Part shown: positions 13,968 through 21,635 of the stretch, in pieces
Position numbering within the stretch: the stretch's first letter is position 1
Layout of the letters: every line of letters starts with the position of its first letter
Assembly (NCBI GenBank): GCA_964057225.1
Contig: OZ059897.1
Span: 18,910,001-18,974,000 of the forward strand
Length of the DNA stretch: 64,000 nt
Source of the DNA: Auanema rhodensis
Taxonomy: Eukaryota > Animalia > Nematoda
Reading direction: 5' to 3'
Notes under the pieces: generated by a model
What the model was told of the DNA's origin: nothing
The model's input: the letters and a program-made list of their open reading frames with translations, nothing else
Database searches by the model: none
Translations under genes and position numbers: made by a program

Positions 13968-14318
13968 AGTTATATTAGAGGAAACAAAAAGATCAAATAA
14001 GCAAACGATTTATTATTAAAAAATAGAAATAATCAAACAAAAAAATGAAAACAGAATCCCAAACTGCCTTTAATTTATTTCGAAAAAACAACAATACAAT
14101 TTTTAGGCCAAAATTATGAATTTGGTTGCAAAAGATGATTACGGTAGTTTCGTTGTCAAGGGAGCATTCTTTTGAAGACTAATTTTATCTTCTTTTTCTT
14201 TCATCGTAATTGAATCCAATCGTTTCTAAATGTTATTTTCAATGATATTTTGTTGTTATAAATATCATTCATAATATTCTATAATCAACCTATTTAACAA
14301 TATTCTCATTTCTTAACA
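13968..14318 (-). repeat. 3' LTR (351 bp)
   Basis: No difference from 21281-21631 found by eye. Preceded on the minus strand by the PPT. Confidence 0.95.
14009..14014 (-). terminator. Candidate polyadenylation signal AATAAA in the 3' LTR
   Basis: Plus-strand TTTATT about 40 nt from the LTR 3' end, followed on the minus strand by U/GU-rich sequence. A second AATAAA lies at 14074-14079. The AT-rich context weakens the call. Confidence 0.5.
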
Positions 14319-14330
14319 TCCCCTCCCTTC
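14319..14330 (-). promoter_or_regulatory. Polypurine tract
   Basis: Minus strand GAAGGGAGGGGA immediately before the TG of the 3' LTR. Confidence 0.92.
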
Positions 14331-14443
14331 GAAACTTCGCGTCCCGAGATGTTCAACAATTATTTATTCAAAAAAATAAAAAACACAAAAAACACATATA
14401 TATAACTCATGATAGAACATCGCTTTTCTCTTAAGAAGACAAT

Positions 14444-17400
14444 TCAGTACTGTTTTTTGAATTGGCTATATGGTTTGAACGTTTTGTGTAGAGTTCTGTT
14501 TGTGTTCTTTTCAAAGGTTTTGTTCATTATATGAGTTTGTTTTCGTTTCTCCATTCTATTTAACATAGACGAAACTCCTAACGATAGTAGTTTTTTCTGT
14601 AGCATGGTTAAAAAACTCTTAACATGTTCGTACAAAATACGATCAGATGTTTTCTGATAAGGCAGTGGCCCACCAGCAAACCAATAGTGCGTTACTAAAG
14701 CAACGTCATCACCTCGACAGCCTATATATTGTATCCATAACTTATCATTACGTGTTGTGCATTCTGCGGCAAAACATTCATGTACTTTTTGCCATGTTCG
14801 CATGCTATCAAAGAATGTGTTGTCATCAAATCTTGCAATAGGACTTATCAATATTATTTGTGCATTCAGGGCACAACCTAATCTTCCCAGTTGTTTAATC
14901 AGTTTGTCTGCTTCGTTTTCTTCGGAGATCAGCGGTAATACAATTAGTACATAACGTACGTTACAATAAGTCAACAATTTTGAAATAACATCATTTGATA
15001 AATTTTCATAGGTGATACAATTTCCGAAAGGAAAATTGAAATCTTTTGCCGCATTCATCCTTTTTGGAACAAACAAAAGATCTTTATCGGAAGGTTTTGC
15101 AGAACGATTTAATTTTTCAGACGCAATCAAAAACGCTTTAGAAATGTCATCGCTTGACATGTTGAATTCCACTGGGTTTTCGCAGGTGATGTGAAAATTC
15201 TCAAATAACGAAAAGTTGATCTTAGAGTGCAAACAATTTTGTTTTTGTAATATTATTGCATCAGCCATACTCTCAACATCAGGGTGGACGTTCATACGAT
15301 TTATATGAGCCAACTTCTCATTGATCCAAATCCTTGGATCCTTCATTACTTGTAGGAATTGAGCTAACCTGAAGGTATTCCTAACTCTAATTCCTTTCAA
15401 CGGTGTAGGACATTTATTGTTCAACAGATCTCCATAAGTAACCGTTTTGAACGAGCATATTTGTCTTTTTCCATCCGGTAGTTGTATCAGACCATCGCAT
15501 TCATACAGTGGATGACAAGCATCTTTGGGTTTTATCGTGAGGTTTCTATAAAAATTAATTTTTTTACTATAACTACTATCCTCTCCAATATTTTTGTAGT
15601 GTATCCTTTTAATTATGATTTCTCTGCGTCTTCTAACCGTTTCAACTGGTTTATCATCTATCGTAGATGGAATTCTTATCAGAAGATCGTATTGTATCTT
15701 CAAAGGTTCGCCTTTTCCCGAAATTTCGGTGATTAATGCCGACGTCTTATAAGACTCTATTATACGATATGGTCCCTTCAAATCATTTATCAATTTTTTA
15801 TTGACATGTTTACTTTTTTCGTTTATCATTTTCAGATATACTCTATCTCCTACTTTGAATTCTTGTATGTTTTTACAATTTTTCTTATCGTAATACATTT
15901 TGAATTTTTCACGCTCTTTATCGTTCCGTTCTATTGCTATATTTCGTGATAGTCTAAATCCCTCCAACAAATCAACTTTATATTCATCTAATTCATACTC
16001 TACTAAACTTGGTTTAGTTGGTTCTACAATATTAGATACCAAATATGGTTCGAACCCATGTAAAATAAAAAACGGGGATTCACCAGTTGCTTCGTGTGGT
16101 GTTGTATTATACGCATATGTTACAAACGGAAGTAACTTGTCCCACTCAGACGGACTGTTTCCTGCCTTTTTCAGAGCTCTTTGAATTGTTAAATTCACTC
16201 TCTCTGTTATACCGTTTTGTCTAGGATTATATCCCATGGTGGTGATCCATTCGATCTTGGTTATCTTTTTTATTTCTTCCACTATTTTGTTAACAAATTC
16301 GCTTCCTTTATCAGACAGGAACTGTTTAGGCCATTTGGCGCCTTCACATATCCATTTTTTAACTATTATATCAGCTATTGTTGCTGCAGATTTATCTGGT
16401 ACTGCGTATGCACCTAACCATTTACTAAAATGGTCTATTACAGCTACTACATAACGATTGTTGGATGTGGTTCTACCTAGATCCATGACATCAATTCCAA
16501 CTAGCTCATAAGGTTTTTCTGTTCGATATGGCTGTAATAATGGCTTACTTTTTGTTTTATTGTTTGCTAAAAAGCACTTTTTACACTCACTGTGCCATTT
16601 TCTCACATCTGAGTCTAAGCCTTCCCAAAAAAATTGTCTCTTCAGAGAACGTATAATTTTTTTCGGTCCAAAATGTGCTCCAAATAATCCTTCATGAGCT
16701 TCTTTATATATATCATATCTTTTTGACGGAGGAATGACTAATAATTTCTCACCCTTCTCGTTGATATAATACAAGTTTTCTTTTGCAATTAGAAAATCAC
16801 CGACAAATAGTTTATGTGCCAGTTTTGGCAAAAAAATTCTCTCTGTGAGTTTTTCATCCCTTCTGAGATTGATAATATTTTTGTAATTTTCATTCATCAT
16901 TAATTCAGCTATATTATCTCTCATTTGTAACGAACAAATATATTTTATATCTGAGTCACTTTCAAGATCAAAATTATCTTGAACTGGAACACCTCGCGAT
17001 AATGCGTCCGCTATAACATTTCCTTTTCCTTTGACATATTCAATAGTTATTCTGTATCGCTGTACCATGAGGCTCCACCTCAACATTCTCCCACTTGCTG
17101 TCTTCTTGAACAGACATGTCAATGGTTGATGATCAGTTTTCACAACTGTTTTTTCAGTATTATAAATGTAATATTGAAATTTCTCTAGCGCAAATACAAT
17201 AGCCAGAGCTTCTAAATCTGTTACATGATAATTTTTTTCCGCTTTTGACAAACCTTTAGAAACAAAGGCAATCGGGTGTAGAAAATTATCTTTTGCTTTT
17301 TGACATAACACCGCTCCTACACCAGATGCACACGCATCAGTGTATATAATATATGGGTTTTTACCGCTATTTGCACCTTCCCAGTCAGGCTGTATTAGTA

Positions 17401-20400
17401 CAGGAGCTTGAGTAAGCTTTTTCTTTAGAATTTCAAAAGCATCTTTTCTCTCTCGGGTCCATTCCCATTTACTTTTTTCACTTGTCATTTCGTGCATTGG
17501 TTTAGCAATTGCTGCAAAATTTAGCACAAATTTTCTGTAATACGACGCCATTCCCAAGAATGTTCTTAATTCAGCAATTGTATTTGGTAAGGGATACTTT
17601 AAAATTGCCTCAATTTTATTTGGATCGGCGTGAATACCTTTTCCGTTTACTTTGTGGCCCAAATAATCCACTTCGTTTTGTAAAAGTTTACATTTAACCG
17701 CTTTCAACGATAAATTTGCTTGTTTCAACGCTTCAAAAACATTCTTCATAACTTCAAAATGTCTTTCAAAAGTATCTGTTGCGATCATTATATCGTCTAT
17801 ATAAACAAAAACTTCATTGCTTTTGAGTAAATCTCCCAGAGCTTTGTCCATCATTCTTTGGAATGTTGGTGGACTAGTTGCTAAGCCAAAAGGACATACT
17901 ACAAATTGAAAAGATCCTTCGCTGGTCACGAAAGATGTTTTTTCTTTATCTTCTTCGGAAAGTTTTATTTGCCAAAACCCCGACGATAGATCAAATGTGG
18001 AAAATATTTTCTTCCCGTTCATCGATCTAAGAATGATATCTATCGTTGGTATTGGATAAGCATCTAGTTTTAAGACCTTATTCAGTTCTCTATAATCTAT
18101 ACAGAGTCTGATAGATTTGTCTTTTTTCTCTACTAAGACTACAGGGCTTGCCCATGCGCTTTGGCTAGGTTCTATAATCGCTCTTTGTAATAGGTCTTTT
18201 ATAATACCTCTAAACTCATTTTTTATACCAAACGGCACTGGTCGTACTTTTTGACGAATAGGACTCGCATCTCCCGTATCAATATTCATAGTGACAATAT
18301 TTGTTTGCTGCAGATCAGCATCAACCAACGCAAATATCGCTGAATAATTTTCTAAAAGGTCTTTGACCTTTGGCTCAAAGGTTACACCACTTTTCTCTTC
18401 TAAGACTGCAATGACTTTTTCTGCTCTTCCAACCGGATCTGTTGGTTTAGCGTATTGATCTAACATACGCATTTCTAACACATCAATTGATTCGGTTTTC
18501 AATTCGTCATTCAGTGCAGTCAGCTTTTCAGTCCAATTCTCGGACTCCCATTCACCGACAATCTCTCCTTTCTTTATTGTGGTTGGCTGGCATGTCATGT
18601 TAGCAACGATTACTGTAGTGGAATTATTGTTGTCCACTTTACAGATTCCCGTAAGTACATCATGCCTATGCGACACTAGTAAACTATCTTTCTGTTCATC
18701 ACACGAAATTTTTAGCGTTCTACTTTTATTCGCAGGTATAAAAACTCTCTGTAAGGCTACGGCCTCTTTTGTATAAAATTTCAAAATTATACCCAAATTT
18801 TCTAAGGCATTTGTTCCTAACAAAATAGATTCTTCTCTACTTTTTTGTACTAAAAAGCTTACATTACTAGTTTTCTTGCTTTCTAAACACGTAACTTTGC
18901 AACTTATTGCTCCTACAAAATTCATTTTTGTGCCCGAAGCATTGGCAATATATTTATCACCTTTCCACGGTATTTGAGTAACCGATCGATCCAGATCAAC
19001 CCCGTCACTCATCAAATTTACCAGTGCTTGTGATGACATCACCGATATTTGAGATCCTGTATCGATAAGGACTCTTTTTTTGGATTTCTCACAAATTATC
19101 ATAGATAATAAACTTTGTTCGCCAATTAACTCTGAATTGGTTATGGAATTGCATGTTTGAATAGTTTTATTCCAAACTTCTGCTTGATTTCTCATTCCGG
19201 GCTCATTATGCTTTTCAACATTCTCTATTCGTTTAGGATAGTTGTTGGAAGGTTTCTTCCTCTCAAAGCATTGTGCTGCTGAATGGCCTTTTTTGTTACA
19301 TATGTAGCAAATTATTTCTCTCCTACTTGGAGGTTCTCTAATTCCGCCCACGTACCTATTCCGATCATTTGTGTAATAATTATTCGTATCGATATGGTTT
19401 TTTTCATATCTGAGCTTAGGTAAAATTCTGTTTGAATTTCTCCCTTTCTCTCGCTGTTCATCATAAACACGTTTATTTCTTTCGCAGCGTAACGCTATCT
19501 CTTTAACTTTTTCATAGACCAAATCTTCTTCGCTTTTCTCTATGGTTTCTAATAGATGAATAGCGCATGAACAATCTCTGAGTGCTTCATAGAGCATCTG
19601 GGCTCTTAAAAACGATAATTTCCTTGTAGGAAATTCTGGGTACGCTTTTCTTGAGGTCTCTTCCAGTTTTTTACAGAAAACAATCAGTGTTTTGTTACTA
19701 TTGTACTGTAAAGTTTTGAGCGAAGAAATAGCATCTAATCTGCTCGTTCGTTTAACACACACTCTCTGTTTATGAAGTTCTTCGATGATAACTTCTAACG
19801 AACTCTCTCTAATTGTTTCTGGCAGTTCGTCGTATCTGTCTCGTGCTTCTCCTTTTAGCTTATCAACGAACAGCATCTTCCGACTACTGGCCGTCAGAGT
19901 ACCTTTTGGATACTTGAGATTGAAACTTTCAATGAACTGATTCCATTTTTCCAACGAGTCGTTAGAAAAATAAGGAACATCAGGTAACATTTGTGCTCTT
20001 ATCATCTCTAACAACGCGTCGTTTTGCGCATTTAATCCAGCATAATGTAAAGGTGACGTACCCCTGAAGTTGTATGGATAGTGTTGGTCCTGTTGATTTG
20101 GTTCCATTTCCACTATTTCCTTGGAGTGTGTTCTCACTGTTCGCTCCTTAATTTTTGTTTTGAGTTCAGCACTCTCAACAGAATTACCTCTAGTTCGCTC
20201 ATCCAAAATCATTTCTGCCATGGCTGTTTCAGTATCTTCTTGATTCAAGCTTGATTTCTGAAATTGCCAACTGTTACTTATTCTCTGTTGCAATTCTTTT
20301 AGATTACAATCGAAAGTATCACATAAAGTTTTCACAGTTTCATGAATAACAAGTAACTCTTGCACTATATTATTCTCATTGAGTTGGAAGTTATCTGTTA

Positions 20401-20773
20401 TGTCTTTAATTATTTCCGCTCGTTTCTTACTGATCTTTAAAACATCACTAAGATCTGAAGGTTTTTTCAGACCTTCGTTGTTCATCACTAATAGCATTGA
20501 ATAAACAAATTCCCAAGTTTTTCCTTTTCTAATCTCGCTTTTTAGGTTACTTTTCACTAAATTGCGGGTTTTTAGTATTCTTTGTTCAGTTCTTTTTTTT
20601 TCAGTAGCGTTTCTGATTTTTTCAAGGAACTCTTTATATATCATTTCATTATAAGGCTCCAAAGCCTTAAATGTTTGATTCACTAATGAATTAAGGATTA
20701 CCTCAGAAAACACATTTTCGAAATCCATTTCACAGAGTTGTTCTGTTTCAAACGTTTCGTTCTCAATCGACAT
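14444..20773 (-). CDS. Gag-Pol polyprotein (2109 aa, single frame) with C-terminal extension
   Basis: CCHC knuckle CYICNKKGHSAAQC (19268-19309). Protease LIDTGS (DTG 19055-19063). RT motifs WASPVVLV, LCIDYRELN, FDLSSGFWQI, PFGL and YIDD (17792-17803). RNase H YTDAC / DLEALA / TDHQPL / ADALSR (~16994-17345). Integrase HHCC (HEGLFGAH...CKKC), DDE core (GIDV, SDKGSEF, TERVN) and GPY (~15770). Confidence 0.97.
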   Translation of the reverse strand: MSIENETFETEQLCEMDFENVFSEVILNSLVNQTFKALEPYNEMIYKEFLEKIRNATEKKRTEQRILKTRNLVKSNLKSEIRKGKTWEFVYSMLLVMNNEGLKKPSDLSDVLKISKKRAEIIKDITDNFQLNENNIVQELLVIHETVKTLCDTFDCNLKELQQRISNSWQFQKSSLNQEDTETAMAEMILDERTRGNSVESAELKTKIKERTVRTHSKEIVEMEPNQQDQHYPYNFRGTSPLHYAGLNAQNDALLEMIRAQMLPDVPYFSNDSLEKWNQFIESFNLKYPKGTLTASSRKMLFVDKLKGEARDRYDELPETIRESSLEVIIEELHKQRVCVKRTSRLDAISSLKTLQYNSNKTLIVFCKKLEETSRKAYPEFPTRKLSFLRAQMLYEALRDCSCAIHLLETIEKSEEDLVYEKVKEIALRCERNKRVYDEQREKGRNSNRILPKLRYEKNHIDTNNYYTNDRNRYVGGIREPPSRREIICYICNKKGHSAAQCFERKKPSNNYPKRIENVEKHNEPGMRNQAEVWNKTIQTCNSITNSELIGEQSLLSMIICEKSKKRVLIDTGSQISVMSSQALVNLMSDGVDLDRSVTQIPWKGDKYIANASGTKMNFVGAISCKVTCLESKKTSNVSFLVQKSREESILLGTNALENLGIILKFYTKEAVALQRVFIPANKSRTLKISCDEQKDSLLVSHRHDVLTGICKVDNNNSTTVIVANMTCQPTTIKKGEIVGEWESENWTEKLTALNDELKTESIDVLEMRMLDQYAKPTDPVGRAEKVIAVLEEKSGVTFEPKVKDLLENYSAIFALVDADLQQTNIVTMNIDTGDASPIRQKVRPVPFGIKNEFRGIIKDLLQRAIIEPSQSAWASPVVLVEKKDKSIRLCIDYRELNKVLKLDAYPIPTIDIILRSMNGKKIFSTFDLSSGFWQIKLSEEDKEKTSFVTSEGSFQFVVCPFGLATSPPTFQRMMDKALGDLLKSNEVFVYIDDIMIATDTFERHFEVMKNVFEALKQANLSLKAVKCKLLQNEVDYLGHKVNGKGIHADPNKIEAILKYPLPNTIAELRTFLGMASYYRKFVLNFAAIAKPMHEMTSEKSKWEWTRERKDAFEILKKKLTQAPVLIQPDWEGANSGKNPYIIYTDACASGVGAVLCQKAKDNFLHPIAFVSKGLSKAEKNYHVTDLEALAIVFALEKFQYYIYNTEKTVVKTDHQPLTCLFKKTASGRMLRWSLMVQRYRITIEYVKGKGNVIADALSRGVPVQDNFDLESDSDIKYICSLQMRDNIAELMMNENYKNIINLRRDEKLTERIFLPKLAHKLFVGDFLIAKENLYYINEKGEKLLVIPPSKRYDIYKEAHEGLFGAHFGPKKIIRSLKRQFFWEGLDSDVRKWHSECKKCFLANNKTKSKPLLQPYRTEKPYELVGIDVMDLGRTTSNNRYVVAVIDHFSKWLGAYAVPDKSAATIADIIVKKWICEGAKWPKQFLSDKGSEFVNKIVEEIKKITKIEWITTMGYNPRQNGITERVNLTIQRALKKAGNSPSEWDKLLPFVTYAYNTTPHEATGESPFFILHGFEPYLVSNIVEPTKPSLVEYELDEYKVDLLEGFRLSRNIAIERNDKEREKFKMYYDKKNCKNIQEFKVGDRVYLKMINEKSKHVNKKLINDLKGPYRIIESYKTSALITEISGKGEPLKIQYDLLIRIPSTIDDKPVETVRRRREIIIKRIHYKNIGEDSSYSKKINFYRNLTIKPKDACHPLYECDGLIQLPDGKRQICSFKTVTYGDLLNNKCPTPLKGIRVRNTFRLAQFLQVMKDPRIWINEKLAHINRMNVHPDVESMADAIILQKQNCLHSKINFSLFENFHITCENPVEFNMSSDDISKAFLIASEKLNRSAKPSDKDLLFVPKRMNAAKDFNFPFGNCITYENLSNDVISKLLTYCNVRYVLIVLPLISEENEADKLIKQLGRLGCALNAQIILISPIARFDDNTFFDSMRTWQKVHECFAAECTTRNDKLWIQYIGCRGDDVALVTHYWFAGGPLPYQKTSDRILYEHVKSFLTMLQKKLLSLGVSSMLNRMEKRKQTHIMNKTFEKNTNRTLHKTFKPYSQFKKQY

Positions 20774-21265
20774 CTCGAATAGGCACTGCTATACGAATCT
20801 CTACAAACAAAATAATTTTGCTAATGCAGGAATTTTTTGATCAAATTCTAGTATTTAGAATTAATAATCAGAACAATCTGATAAGCAAATTGTATCAATC
20901 TAATAGATCTGTGTTCAGTAATCTTACTACTACTCAAGTTCTGTTTACAATGATGAGATGTCTTTGGTAGAAAATTCCGAAAAATTTTTTTCTACCTAAA
21001 CACTAGCACCAGATCTTATTAATTCCAATAACTCGTAAATATACTCGGATACAATGCGTAACCACAGTACAAAACTTTGATGAGCTATTGAAACCAATAA
21101 CAATCTATAATTTTCCTTTCTTATTTAGTTAGACTAAATAAAATTGGCAAACTATAAACAGAACCCGATTTGGGTAGCAGTGACTAAACCACCAGAATCT
21201 ATTCGATTAAGGGTTGTATAAGCTATTCGCTTAACCCAGACTAATACGAAAAAAAAACTGAACAA
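20774..21265 (-). other. 5' untranslated leader of the retrotransposon (~490 bp)
   Basis: Sequence between the PBS and the ORF ATG, with no ORF listed in the track. Confidence 0.7.
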
Positions 21266-21280
21266 CCAGTTCGGCCCCCA
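21266..21280 (-). promoter_or_regulatory. Primer-binding site, tRNA-Pro type
   Basis: Minus strand TGGGGGCCGAACTGG directly after the 5' LTR. It is complementary to the 3' end ...CCGGTTCGGCCC-CCA of nematode tRNA-Pro as I recall it from C. elegans (12 nt perfect, 15 with one G:U). Confidence 0.88.
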
Positions 21281-21631
21281 AGTTATATTAGAGGAAACAA
21301 AAAGATCAAATAAGCAAACGATTTATTATTAAAAAATAGAAATAATCAAACAAAAAAATGAAAACAGAATCCCAAACTGCCTTTAATTTATTTCGAAAAA
21401 ACAACAATACAATTTTTAGGCCAAAATTATGAATTTGGTTGCAAAAGATGATTACGGTAGTTTCGTTGTCAAGGGAGCATTCTTTTGAAGACTAATTTTA
21501 TCTTCTTTTTCTTTCATCGTAATTGAATCCAATCGTTTCTAAATGTTATTTTCAATGATATTTTGTTGTTATAAATATCATTCATAATATTCTATAATCA
21601 ACCTATTTAACAATATTCTCATTTCTTAACA
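21281..21631 (-). repeat. 5' LTR (351 bp)
   Basis: Plus-strand AGTTATATTAGAGG...ATTTCTTAACA, a direct repeat of 13968-14318. On the minus strand it starts TGTTAAG, ends ATATAACT and is followed immediately by the PBS. Confidence 0.95.
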
Positions 21632-21635
21632 CGCA
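21632..21635 (+). other. Target-site duplication CGCA (right copy)
   Basis: Follows the LTR end ...TTAACA and continues into satellite GCTTAAAAATCC. A 5-bp reading (ACGCA) is possible if A21631 is assigned to the target. Confidence 0.85.

Larger units (their letters stand above)
13968..21631 (-). mobile_element. Full-length Ty3/gypsy (Metaviridae) LTR retrotransposon, 7664 bp, nematode Cer-like
   Basis: Paired direct 351-bp LTRs, CGCA duplication on both flanks, PBS and PPT next to the LTRs, and one intact ORF with domain order Gag-PR-RT-RH-IN (Ty3/gypsy order; YIDD RT motif, GPY/F module). Confidence 0.97.

Noticed and set aside
14070-14245. Homology between LTR and satellite monomer (TTTCGAAAAA, AATGTTATT..CAA)
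   Set aside because: Short AT-rich matches spaced ~150 bp apart in the LTR but ~75 bp in the monomer. They are not colinear and are expected by chance.
14444-15670. env gene or chromodomain at the 3' end
   Set aside because: No separate ORF, signal peptide, long transmembrane segment or chromodomain aromatic-cage pattern is visible.
14647-18776. Short plus-strand ORFs (60-94 aa) inside the element
   Set aside because: Antisense shadows of the long polyprotein ORF, with no motifs.
20998-21205. Short imperfect repeat in the leader (AAACAC..CACCAGA.TCT.ATT at ~20998 and ~21186)
   Set aside because: Only two short degenerate copies, which could be chance.
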